Assembly (NCBI GenBank): GCA_051715345.1 | Contig: JBPXJQ010000029.1 | Span: forward strand, 37,240 to 101,239 | Length of the DNA stretch: 64,000 nucleotides | Reading direction: 5' to 3' | Source of the DNA: Candidatus Blackallbacteria bacterium | GTDB lineage: Bacteria > Cyanobacteriota > Sericytochromatia > UBA7694 | In this document: positions 36,853 to 45,987 of the stretch, piece by piece | How the letters are laid out: the number at the start of each line of letters is the position of its first letter | Numbering within the stretch: position 1 is the first letter of the stretch | Notes under the pieces: model-generated | The model's database searches: none | What the model saw: only the letters and a program-made list of their open reading frames with translations | What the model was told of the DNA's origin: nothing | Made by a program: the position numbers and the translations under genes

Positions 36853-37073
36853 AACTTCCCCCCTATTTTCTTTTTTGGCCGGGCCTGTTTTTTAATAAAA
36901 GGCGCTTTTAATTGGGGCCAGACCAGAAAAAGGTAAACACACTATAACATATCCCCTTCTTTGGTAAAGGGGGAGGTTTTGCGCTTGTCTGAGAGAAATG
37001 GGTGTACAATAGAACTCGTTGATTTTTTAACGAAGCCATTAAAGATTTTGAACTTACAAGGAACACTGCAGCC

Positions 37074-37613
37074 GTGAAAGAACGGAAAATCGGCCCTGCC
37101 GTCGTGCGTTTGCTGCAAGGGGATATTATGGCCTGTGAAGTCGATGGACTGATCAATGTCACGGGCAAAGCGCTTTCCCATTTGGAAAACCAGCCAAAAC
37201 CGGGCTTGCACGGCGCTGAAGACCTCGAGGCCACTTTGTTTACAGGCCAAAACCGCGACAAAGCGGTGGTCATGACCCAGGCCCAATTTCTCAGGGCTAA
37301 AAATGTGCTCAATACCCTCAGCGTAGAAACCACCAGCACCAATGGTGCCAAAAAAATTCGCAAAACCATGCGTTCGATTCTCGAAGAAGCCCAGGAACAA
37401 GGCTTAGAAAGTCTTGCCATTCCAGCGATTGGCACGGGCATCGGCAAATTTCCCTTGGACAAATCTGCCGAAATTTTGATCGACGAACTGGCCCGCAGTG
37501 TCAGTTCCCCCGGAAACCACCTGCGCAAAATCATATTTGTACTCGAAAACCAGAAAAGTTATAAGGTCTTTGAGCAGGTGCTGGAACAGTTTGATTATTC
37601 GGAGTATTTTTGA
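37074..37613 (+). CDS. Macro-domain protein (ADP-ribose / O-acetyl-ADP-ribose binding or hydrolysis)
   Basis: GDIMACEVDGLINVTG (GDIT...DAIVNAAN-like) and SLAIPAIGTGIGKFP motifs. The stop overlaps the next start (TGATG). Confidence 0.6.
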   Translation: MKERKIGPAVVRLLQGDIMACEVDGLINVTGKALSHLENQPKPGLHGAEDLEATLFTGQNRDKAVVMTQAQFLRAKNVLNTLSVETTSTNGAKKIRKTMRSILEEAQEQGLESLAIPAIGTGIGKFPLDKSAEILIDELARSVSSPGNHLRKIIFVLENQKSYKVFEQVLEQFDYSEYF

Positions 37614-38512
37614 TGTCTGAACCTATTTCTCTCTACCATGGCCATTTTTTCAATCGCAATGGCCTCAAATACCATTATCTCGATCAAGGCCAAGGTGACC
37701 CTGTGGTCATGGTGCATGGCAATCCAACCTGGTCTGTCTATTACCGCAATCTGGTCAAGGCCCTGAGCCCCCAGTTTCGCTGCATTGTGCCTGATCATAT
37801 TGGCTGTGGCTATTCGGATAAGCCCGATGACAGCCAGTATAATTACACCCTCGGCAGCCGGATTGACGATTTGGAAGCGCTTTTGAATCACCTGGGGGTC
37901 AACAAAAATGTGACCCTGGTTGTGCATGATTGGGGCGGTTTAATCGGTCTGGGCTGGGCCCTGCGCCACATGGATGCAGTCAAACGCCTGGTGATATTTA
38001 ATACTGCCGCTTTTCATCTGCCCAATACCAAACGCCAGATTCCCTGGCAATTGGCACTGGGCCGTCAAACCCGATTGGGTGCTTGGCTGATCGAAAACCT
38101 CAATGCCTTCAGTGTGGCGGCGTCTTGGGTGGGTTGTACCGAACACCCGATGTCGGCCAAATTGCGTAAAATTTACCAATCTCCTTATAACACCAAAGCC
38201 AATCGGATTGCCACCTTGCGCTTTGTACAAGATATTCCGCTGCACCCGGAGGATCCCGCTTTTGCCTTGGTCTCTGAAGTCGAAGACAATCTTGAACGCT
38301 TCCGCCATCTGCCCACTTTGATCTGCTGGGGCTTAAAAGACTTTGTCTTTGACGGTGCTTTTCTCAAGGTTTTTGAAGACAAATTGCCCCAGGCTGAAGT
38401 CCATCGCTTTGAACAAGCGGGCCATTATGTTCTTGAAGACAGGGCGGCTGAAATTGTGCCCTTGGTGCAGGCTTTTATGGGCCAAAAGGCCCCAGAACCC
38501 GTACTTTCATGA
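37613..38512 (+). CDS. oleB: Haloalkane-dehalogenase-like alpha/beta hydrolase, OleB-like
   Basis: HGNPTWSVYYRNL and the Asp nucleophile elbow VHDWGGLIGLGWA. It sits directly upstream of the OleC and OleD homologues. Confidence 0.55.
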   Translation: MSEPISLYHGHFFNRNGLKYHYLDQGQGDPVVMVHGNPTWSVYYRNLVKALSPQFRCIVPDHIGCGYSDKPDDSQYNYTLGSRIDDLEALLNHLGVNKNVTLVVHDWGGLIGLGWALRHMDAVKRLVIFNTAAFHLPNTKRQIPWQLALGRQTRLGAWLIENLNAFSVAASWVGCTEHPMSAKLRKIYQSPYNTKANRIATLRFVQDIPLHPEDPAFALVSEVEDNLERFRHLPTLICWGLKDFVFDGAFLKVFEDKLPQAEVHRFEQAGHYVLEDRAAEIVPLVQAFMGQKAPEPVLS

Positions 38513-38522
38513 AGGCCTTGAT

Positions 38523-40205
38523 ATGACTGCGGTACTTTCGGCTCCTGCCAATATCGCCTCTGCGCTCTATGCTTCTTACAAGACCCAACCGCAGGCCACA
38601 GCGATTATTCTGGCACAGAAACCCGATCGAAAGGGCCGTTTGTCGTATACCCACTACAGCTTTGAGACCCTGGTCAAGGAGACCGAGGTGCTGGCTGCTG
38701 GACTCAAAAATAAGGGGATTGTCCGTGGCATGCGCACCGTCTTGATGGTGCCTCCCAGTCTGGAATTCTTTGCCCTGATGTTTGCCATGTTAAAATCCGG
38801 GATCGTGCCCGTATTGATTGATCCTGGCATGGGCCTCGACAATCTTAAAACCTGTCTGCAAGAGGCTCAACCAGAGGCGTTTGTGGGGGTGACCAAGGCC
38901 CATCTGGCACGCAAAATCTTGGGCTGGGGCAAAGACACAGTCAAAATCAACGTAACTCTCGGGCCCAAACTCTTTTGGGGCGGTTCTACTTTAAATGAGC
39001 TGCGGCGCTTTGGCCAAAAATCGCCGCTAACAGGCGTGGCTGATACCCGCCCTGAAGAGCTGGCGGCGATCCTCTTTACCAGCGGCAGCACAGGCGTTCC
39101 CAAAGGCGTCGTCTATCAGCATTTGCAATTCTTGGCCCAAATTGAAAGGATCCGTGAAACCTATCAGGTTCAACCCGGAGAGGTTGATTTGGCCACGTTC
39201 CCGCCTTTTGCCCTGTTTGACCCCGCTTTGGGTATGACCTCGGTGATACCCTGGATGGATCCCACCAAACCGGCCTTGGTCAACCCTGAGTATATTTTTG
39301 ACGCGATTGAACGCTTTCAGGTCACTCATATGTTCGGCTCGCCCGCATTGCTCAATCGCATTAGCCGCGCTGGCCAAGCAAAACAGATCCATTTGCCTTC
39401 GCTGCGCAGAGTGCTCTCTGCTGGCGCACCCGTTCCCTGGCAGACTCTCGAACGCATGCAGTCCTTGTTAACTGCAGAAGCCCAAATTTATACGCCCTAT
39501 GGCGCAACCGAATGTCTGCCTGTGGCCAGTATTAGCAGCCGCGAAATTCTGAGCGAAACCCAGCTTTTAACCCGTGAGGGCAAAGGGGTTTGCATTGGTA
39601 AAGCCGTAAACGGGGTCGAAGTGGTGATCATCCCCATTACTGATACACCGATAGCCGAATGGGATGACTCCCTGGTTTTGCCCGTGGGTGAATTAGGGGA
39701 AATTGTCGTCAAAGGCGATAACGTGACCACCGCTTATTTTAACCGCCAGGCCTCAACTGATTTGGCAAAAATTGCCGACAGTGATGGCGGCGTGCGCCAC
39801 CGCATGGGCGATTTGGGGTACATCGATGCCCAAGGGCGGATTTGGTTCTGCGGCCGAAAATCCCACCGCGTGATTACAGCACAAGAAACACTTTTCACCA
39901 TTCCCTGTGAGGCGATCTTTAATACCCATCCCGATGTCTATCGCACGGGTTTGGTGGGTGTGGGCGAACCTGGTCAAATTCAGCCCGTGGTCTGTGTCGA
40001 ACTCGAAAAAAATCCCGGCCAATCGCCGAATCAGATCATTCTCGATTTACAAGACTTGGCCCAAAAATATCCACATACCCGCGCAATTCGGCATTTTTTA
40101 ATTCACCCGGCATTGCCTGTGGATATCCGCCACAACTCCAAGATCTTTCGCGAAAAATTGGTCCCCTGGGCCACAGAGAAATTGGCTTTGGGGGTTGCAA
40201 ATTGA
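38523..40205 (+). CDS. oleC: AMP-dependent synthetase/ligase, OleC-like (beta-lactone synthetase family)
   Basis: ILFTSGSTGVPKGVV, TPYGATECLP, HRMGDLGYIDAQGRIWFCGRK and FLIHPALPVDIRHNSKIFREKL resemble OleC. The B-C-D gene order supports the call. Confidence 0.6.
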   Translation: MTAVLSAPANIASALYASYKTQPQATAIILAQKPDRKGRLSYTHYSFETLVKETEVLAAGLKNKGIVRGMRTVLMVPPSLEFFALMFAMLKSGIVPVLIDPGMGLDNLKTCLQEAQPEAFVGVTKAHLARKILGWGKDTVKINVTLGPKLFWGGSTLNELRRFGQKSPLTGVADTRPEELAAILFTSGSTGVPKGVVYQHLQFLAQIERIRETYQVQPGEVDLATFPPFALFDPALGMTSVIPWMDPTKPALVNPEYIFDAIERFQVTHMFGSPALLNRISRAGQAKQIHLPSLRRVLSAGAPVPWQTLERMQSLLTAEAQIYTPYGATECLPVASISSREILSETQLLTREGKGVCIGKAVNGVEVVIIPITDTPIAEWDDSLVLPVGELGEIVVKGDNVTTAYFNRQASTDLAKIADSDGGVRHRMGDLGYIDAQGRIWFCGRKSHRVITAQETLFTIPCEAIFNTHPDVYRTGLVGVGEPGQIQPVVCVELEKNPGQSPNQIILDLQDLAQKYPHTRAIRHFLIHPALPVDIRHNSKIFREKLVPWATEKLALGVAN

Positions 40206-41191
40206 AAGTATTTGTCACGGGTGGGGGCGGATTTTTGGGGCTGGCAATTGTAAGGCAATTAATTGCTCAGGGCCATGACGTGGTCAGTTATTCTCGCGGT
40301 GTTTATCCCGATTTAAACGCGCTGGGTGTCGAACACCGCCAAGGAGATCTCGATGCTCCCAATCGCTTGGTTGCGGCTCTCAAGGACTGTCAGGCTGTGG
40401 TGCATGTGGCTGCCAAGGCCGGTATCTGGGGGAGTTATGAATCGTTTCACAGTGCCAATGTGCGCGGTACCGAAAACGTGATCTCAGCCTGTCAGCAGGC
40501 GGGCATTTCCAAATTGGTCTATACAAGTTCACCGAGTGTGGTTCACAATGGCCAAGATCTTGAAGGCGTAGACGAAAGCACGCCTTACCCGACCCATTTT
40601 GAGGCCTTTTATCCCCAGACCAAAGCGTTGGCTGAGAAAATGATTTTACAGGCCAACAGTGAGTCACTTGCCACTGTCTCGCTGCGGCCCCATATCATCT
40701 GGGGGCCGGGTGATCCGCATTTTGTGCCCCGGTTGGTGGCCCGCGCCAAAGCTGGTCGCTTGCGTCTGATCGGCAACCGCGATCCCAAAGTTGACACCGT
40801 TTACGTCGAAAATGCTGCAACCGCGCATGTCTTGGCATTAAACAAACTTGAGCCAGGAGCCACAATCGCAGGCAAGGCCTATTTTATCACCCAAGACCAG
40901 CCCGAAACGGTCTCTCAATTTGTCAATCGGATTTTGGACGCTGCGGGCTTGCCTCCTGTTACCCGCCGTGTCCCTGTGCGCGTGGCTCATTTGGCTGGTT
41001 CCGTGCTGGAATCCGTTTACCGGGCCTTCCATTTGCCCGGTGAACCGCCCATGACCCGCTTTATGGTCAGCCAGTTTTCGACCTCCCATTGGTTTGACAT
41101 TTCAGCGGCTCGCCGAGATCTGGGCTATGAACCTGTGATCTCGACGGAAGCTGGCATGATGATGCTCAAACGTTGGTTACAATCGACTTAG
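40202..41191 (+). CDS. oleD: NAD(P)-dependent 3-beta-HSD / epimerase-family reductase, OleD-like
   Basis: VFVTGGGGFLGLAIVRQL Rossmann motif and YPQTK (YxxxK). Start overlaps the oleC stop. Confidence 0.6.
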   Translation: MKVFVTGGGGFLGLAIVRQLIAQGHDVVSYSRGVYPDLNALGVEHRQGDLDAPNRLVAALKDCQAVVHVAAKAGIWGSYESFHSANVRGTENVISACQQAGISKLVYTSSPSVVHNGQDLEGVDESTPYPTHFEAFYPQTKALAEKMILQANSESLATVSLRPHIIWGPGDPHFVPRLVARAKAGRLRLIGNRDPKVDTVYVENAATAHVLALNKLEPGATIAGKAYFITQDQPETVSQFVNRILDAAGLPPVTRRVPVRVAHLAGSVLESVYRAFHLPGEPPMTRFMVSQFSTSHWFDISAARRDLGYEPVISTEAGMMMLKRWLQST

Positions 41192-41204
41192 GGGCTCGAT
41201 TGTA

Positions 41205-42002
41205 TCATTGGTTTGGGGCTTTAACCGGGTGCAATTGCCCACGAATATCCCCATAAAAAGTCTGGCCTTTGGTGTGCAGGTTAAAATACAGTTCACTGCG
41301 GCGAGCAATATGTTCCATGCCCGCTACGGTTTTGACTTTGCCAAAAATAGGTTGGTCGGGAACCACTGGGCAACCTGAGGTAAAGGCACTGACAATTCCG
41401 TGCCCACTGTTGGCCGTTTTGGTGATATCTTCATTTTGAACCTGCAGGGAAAAGAGACCATTTTTAAAATTCTGTTTAAAGCTGCCTTGTATGCCAAAAT
41501 CGACAATAATAGGCCCGAGCATATCTGGTTTGCCACAGTGAATGTGAAACATCACCACCTGATCTGGATCGACGTTCTCCAGTTTAACATCCACATAGGC
41601 CTTGCTCAGGTCTTTGCTAAAACGCAAGCTGCCATGTCCGCGGGCTTTGCGGTCTTTGCGGGCCAGAGACGGGGCTGTGGATTTAAATTCTTTGGGGGTC
41701 ATTTCTGGGGTGTTCACCTCTTCATCGGGTTCCTGATGGGGGCTGAGAAAGGCCTCAAAGCTGCTGCCAATTTCGGCTCCTTTGGCAGGATTTAAATTTT
41801 CAATGGGGGGATTGACCGTTTTTCCTGCTTGAGAAGCCGAATCATGGGCTGCATGATGGCTGGTGTGAGGAGGGGTGTTTGCCTGTTTTTCAACTGAATT
41901 TGCCTGTAATAAAGGGATTTGAGTACCCAGTGCAATCAACGTCACAAAAACAGAGACGCCGATTAAGAACTTGGGGGAACCCAGTATTTTTTTATTTAAC
42001 AT
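41205..42002 (-). CDS. CHRD-domain secreted protein
   Basis: N-terminal signal/transmembrane segment. CHRD signatures VMFHIHCGKPDMLGPIIV and LYFNLHTKGQTFYGDIRGQL. Confidence 0.55.
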   Translation of the reverse strand: MLNKKILGSPKFLIGVSVFVTLIALGTQIPLLQANSVEKQANTPPHTSHHAAHDSASQAGKTVNPPIENLNPAKGAEIGSSFEAFLSPHQEPDEEVNTPEMTPKEFKSTAPSLARKDRKARGHGSLRFSKDLSKAYVDVKLENVDPDQVVMFHIHCGKPDMLGPIIVDFGIQGSFKQNFKNGLFSLQVQNEDITKTANSGHGIVSAFTSGCPVVPDQPIFGKVKTVAGMEHIARRSELYFNLHTKGQTFYGDIRGQLHPVKAPNQ

Positions 42003-42137
42003 TGTTTATTCCTGTTTCGATTTTTTACACTATAAACCACGAAACATTTTATCTTCAAGACCTGGGCATTGCTGTAACAAAAGCGGTACAATTAACATAC
42101 AATCCGTATGTTTGTATATACATCTCACGATATATAT

Positions 42138-42204
42138 CCCACTATGAAACCCACTATGAAAGCAGTGATCCTCATCCATGCCAGGAAATTCTATGCCAGG
42201 AAAT
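42138..42204 (+). repeat. Two short tandem duplications in the ABC transporter leader/start region
   Basis: 12-mer CCCACTATGAAA repeated twice (42138-42161). 12-mer ATGCCAGGAAAT repeated with a 15-nt period (42178-42189, 42193-42204), which gives the duplicated MPGN start. Confidence 0.6.
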
Positions 42205-43134
42205 ACCCCCGATTCAATCATTTCTGTGAAAGGTCTTACCAAGGTCTATAAGACAGGGTTTCAGGCTTTAAAACAGATCGATCTTGAGATTCACAGGGGC
42301 GAAATTTTTGCCCTGCTCGGCCCCAATGGAGCTGGTAAAACCACCCTGATCAGTATTATCTGCGGAATCGTCAACCCGAGTTCGGGGATCGTCAAAGCGG
42401 ATAATTTTGAGATTGTCAAAGATTACCGCATGGCCCGCTCAAAAATCGGGCTCGTGCCTCAGGAATTGACCAGTGATATCTTTGAAACCGTCTGGGCCAC
42501 CGTTCAATTCAGCCGAGGACTTTTTGGTAAAGCACCCAACCCCGCTTATCTCGAACAGATTCTCAAAGATCTGTCTCTCTGGGAGAAAAAAGACAGCAAA
42601 ATCATGACCCTGTCTGGAGGCATGAAACGTAGGGTGATGATAGCCAAAGCACTCTCTCATGAGCCCAGCATTCTGTTTCTCGATGAACCCACGGCGGGTG
42701 TCGATGTCGAATTGCGCCGCGAGATGTGGGAGATGGTTCGTCGCTTGCGTGAGCAAGGGGTCACGATTATTTTGACCACCCATTATATTGAAGAGGCCGA
42801 AGAAATGGCTGATCGGATTGGGGTGATCAACAAGGGGGAGATCATTTTGGTCGAAGACAAAAAGACCCTGATGAAAAAACTGGGCAAAAAGCAATTGGCG
42901 ATTCATTTACAAGCGCCCCTGCAAATGCTGCCTGAATCCCTGAAGGGGTTTCAATTGGCCCTTTCCGAAGACCGGACCCAATTGATCTATACCTTTGATA
43001 CCCAGGCTGAACACACAGGCATTCCCGCCCTGCTTAAACAATTGGGAGAATTGGATCTTGACTTTAAAGACCTGCACACCAGCGAGAGTTCTTTGGAAGA
43101 TATCTTTGTGCGCTTGATTGGAGAAACAAAATGA
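42178..43134 (+). CDS. ABC transporter ATP-binding protein
   Basis: Walker [10 protein letters not shown], signature LSGGMKRR and Walker [12 protein letters not shown]. Alternative start at 42193. Confidence 0.8.
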   Translation: MPGNSMPGNTPDSIISVKGLTKVYKTGFQALKQIDLEIHRGEIFALLGPNGAGKTTLISIICGIVNPSSGIVKADNFEIVKDYRMARSKIGLVPQELTSDIFETVWATVQFSRGLFGKAPNPAYLEQILKDLSLWEKKDSKIMTLSGGMKRRVMIAKALSHEPSILFLDEPTAGVDVELRREMWEMVRRLREQGVTIILTTHYIEEAEEMADRIGVINKGEIILVEDKKTLMKKLGKKQLAIHLQAPLQMLPESLKGFQLALSEDRTQLIYTFDTQAEHTGIPALLKQLGELDLDFKDLHTSESSLEDIFVRLIGETK

Positions 43135-43892
43135 ATATCTATGCCATTCGGGCCATTTACCAATTTGAATTGGCGCGTTTTTTTCGCACCCTGTTTCAGA
43201 GCATTGCCTCTCCGGTGATCTCGACCTCGCTCTATTTTATTGTCTTTGGCTCAGCGATTGGTTCACGCATGACTGAGATCGATGGCACGAGTTATGGGGC
43301 TTTTATAGTACCGGGTTTGATCATGCTTTCGGTTTTGACTGAAAGTATCTCCAATGCTTCGTTTGGGATTTATATGCCCAAATATTCAGGTACGATATAT
43401 GAGGTTTTGTCTGCGCCCGTTTCTGCTTTTGAAATTGTCACAGGTTATGTGGGCGCAGCAGCCACCAAGTCAATCATCTTGGGGGCGATCATTTTGGCCA
43501 CAGCACGACTTTTTGTTGATTTTACGATCTTACATCCCCTTTGGATGGGGGTCTTTTTGGTTTTGACTTCTCTAACCTTTAGCCTCTTTGGCTTTATAAT
43601 TGGGATTTGGGCAGATGGATTCGAAAAATTACAGATCATTCCGATGATGATCATTACGCCCTTGACCTTTTTGGGGGGCAGTTTTTATTCGATCCATATG
43701 TTGCCGCCTTTTTGGCAAAAACTGACTCTGTTTAACCCCATTGTCTACCTCGTCAGTGGCTTCCGCTGGAGTTTTTACGGGGTTTCAGATGTGGGAGTGG
43801 CTTTGAGTCTGACCATGATCTCCGTCTTTCTCAGCGTGAGTTTGTTGACTGTGTGGCTTCTGTTTAAAACAGGCTATAAAATCAAAAACTAA
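43131..43892 (+). CDS. ABC-2-type transporter permease
   Basis: Six predicted transmembrane helices. ATGA overlap with the ATPase gene. Confidence 0.7.
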   Translation: MNIYAIRAIYQFELARFFRTLFQSIASPVISTSLYFIVFGSAIGSRMTEIDGTSYGAFIVPGLIMLSVLTESISNASFGIYMPKYSGTIYEVLSAPVSAFEIVTGYVGAAATKSIILGAIILATARLFVDFTILHPLWMGVFLVLTSLTFSLFGFIIGIWADGFEKLQIIPMMIITPLTFLGGSFYSIHMLPPFWQKLTLFNPIVYLVSGFRWSFYGVSDVGVALSLTMISVFLSVSLLTVWLLFKTGYKIKN

Positions 43893-45192
43893 GGATCTGC
43901 ATTTTCCAGTTTTTGGGCCCAGGTCTGAAGGGCCTGAAACTGGGCTTGTAGCAGTTCAGGATCGTCTACCAGACTTTTAAATTGGTGATAATCCAAGCGC
44001 ACTGCCTCAATCCAGTTTTCGCTTTCAAAATCCAAATGGGTAAATAGCCAGACGTACATCACATGCCCGTAAGTATAATGGCTGTGTAGGGTCTGTAATT
44101 CAGATAAACTGGTCCCCCCGTCCAAGAGGCAATGGGGGGACTTTTCGTCAGCCAAAATCAGTTTCATGACAGGTTGATCTTTGCCACAGGTATAGGGTTG
44201 GCTTGGCGAAAAAAAACTATTGCCAAAGGTGCGACAACTCAGTGGGCGGTGTGTGTAAATACCACAGGTTTCAGCTTTGGTTAAAAACGGGCAAGGGTCC
44301 TTGCGCAGGGCTTGGGTGAGTTTATAAAAAGCCTGGTTGCCGTTATTCGTTTGCAATTGATCGAGATACTCATCAAAATAGAACAGGGTTTTTTCGATAT
44401 AATCCGCATTTTTAGCCATGTAGAGGACAATCTCAGCTATCAGTCTTTTTTGTTCTTGCAGGGGCAAACCTTGGCTGAGTGCCTCAAACATCATCTCCCA
44501 TTCCAGCGGGCGAATACAGAGGTCAAAGCCATTCCCCAATTTGCAGCAATCTGCACAGCCGCTTGGACAGCTCAAGGGGTGGGCGGCATAGGCTTTTTGC
44601 ATAGGTGCTTCCATTTTTTTGTAGAGCAAAGCCAGTGCTTGCTTGGCTTGAATGGGGGCTTGGGAGATGTAAGCTTGGTACTGCTGAAAGACATCAAAAT
44701 AAAATGCATCTTGGTGATCTGATGCCAATTGGGACACCCACGGATTGCTCAGCCATTGAACTTGAAGCAAATCGCGTGTACCACGGAGATAACTGTGTAA
44801 TTGGCTGCTCAAGCGCGTAGGGTGGTTCACCAGATAGGTCAAGCTGGGGTGGCTAAGAATCTCCTGAAAATCAAAATTTTCCAAACAAAATAAGGCCAGT
44901 TCTGGCATAGAGTCGATGACCAAGATCGGCACTTCAGGGGGTTTATGAGCCAGCAAGCGCTTCAAATACTCGCCCGTGCCCAAACCATAAACCACATAGC
45001 CCCAATTGACGCCAGACGGTGGGAGAAATGCCTCGGATAATTCCCATGTTTGTGTGGAAAATCCAAGCAATGGCTGTTGTTCTGTCCCCTTCAACTGAAA
45101 CTCTACTGAAGGTGTTAGAACATCGAAGACAGATTGCGTGTCTGGGTGAAATTGTTTGAGGACAGCAAAATTATTTTTTAAAAATCTTGTCA
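43889..45192 (-). CDS. YkgJ-family (UPF0153) cysteine-cluster protein with an N-terminal extension
   Basis: CPSGCADCC...CIRP and [24 protein letters not shown] match the YkgJ zinc/iron-chelating motif. ATG start at MTRF; the TTG start at 45247 is the alternative. Confidence 0.5.
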
Positions 45193-45255
45193 TAATTATT
45201 AGTGAAATATTTGTAAAATGAATTGAATAAAATACAAAGAGCTTCAATCATAACA

Positions 45256-45280
45256 TGTGATCCAATTTGTTAGGATCACA
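45256..45280. promoter_or_regulatory. Perfect inverted repeat TGTGATCC-N9-GGATCACA in an AT-rich divergent intergenic region
   Basis: Read directly at 45256-45263 and 45273-45280. Confidence 0.35.
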
Positions 45281-45433
45281 ATTAAATAAATATTCTTAGG
45301 GAAAAATAAGATTTAACTCAATTAACCATTTCTTTACCTTTATTTATCCGATAGATAAGAATTATTTGGCGTTCATTGTCAGATAAGCTAAGTATCAAAT
45401 CAAGTGTTTTTCAAATAGAGGAGTTTTTATTAA

Positions 45434-45925
45434 ATGAATATCAATACCGTTAACACTGCTGCCGCTGTTATCAATCCCGCTACCCCTGCGGCTCCCAAGA
45501 AACCCGAAACGACGACCAGCCCCTCTTTAAATGAACTTAAAGGGGACAGCCTCGAACTCAAAAAAAGCCCAATGAATGCCGCCCTCCGGGGTGGACTGAT
45601 TGCCGCTGGTGCAGTTGGCGTGCCTGGCTTAATCTACGCAGGCAGTTCCAACGGGGTTGAAAAAGTATTTGCACTTTATTTGGCTGGTACGGGTGCTGCC
45701 GCCGCAGGCGTGACCGGTGCTGTTGCAGGTGCTGTGGCTTCCCAAGTCACCGACAGTCCCTGGAAAGGGGCTTTGTTGGGCGCTGTGACCGGTGCAGTGA
45801 CCGGTGCCGCTGCTCTCGGTGCCATTGGCCGCAGCTTGAATGGGGCTGCAACCGGTGCAGCCATAGGTGCTGTGGGTGGTTTGATCGGTGGCGTTGCCGG
45901 TACCTACGCCAGCCAGAAGAAATAA
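45434..45925 (+). CDS. Glycine/alanine-rich glycine-zipper membrane protein
   Basis: Repeated GxxxG/AxxxG motifs (GAVAGAVASQ, GAVTGAVTGAAALGAIG). RBS AGAGGAG before the ATG, terminator directly downstream. Confidence 0.55.
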   Translation: MNINTVNTAAAVINPATPAAPKKPETTTSPSLNELKGDSLELKKSPMNAALRGGLIAAGAVGVPGLIYAGSSNGVEKVFALYLAGTGAAAAGVTGAVAGAVASQVTDSPWKGALLGAVTGAVTGAAALGAIGRSLNGAATGAAIGAVGGLIGGVAGTYASQKK

Positions 45926-45937
45926 AATTTTAACAGC

Positions 45938-45966
45938 AAAAGCCCCTCGTTTGAGGGGCTTTTTTC
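45938..45966. terminator. Bidirectional intrinsic terminator: AGCCCCTC-GTTT-GAGGGGCT followed by TTTTTT
   Basis: Perfect 8-bp GC-rich stem, tetraloop, T-run. A-run upstream, so it also serves the convergent minus-strand gene. Confidence 0.75.
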
Positions 45967-45987
45967 TATGCAAATGCGACCCTGGAT

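Noticed and set aside
36940-37010. Possible sigma70 promoter TTGTCT ... TACAAT in the prs/macro divergent region
   Set aside because: Spacer is 14 nt and the -35 element is poor. Too weak to call.
35731-37613. Searched for an oleA (FabH-like thiolase) gene adjacent to the oleBCD-like genes
   Set aside because: Upstream genes are prs (minus) and a macro-domain gene. No thiolase/KAS III signature is present anywhere in the window.
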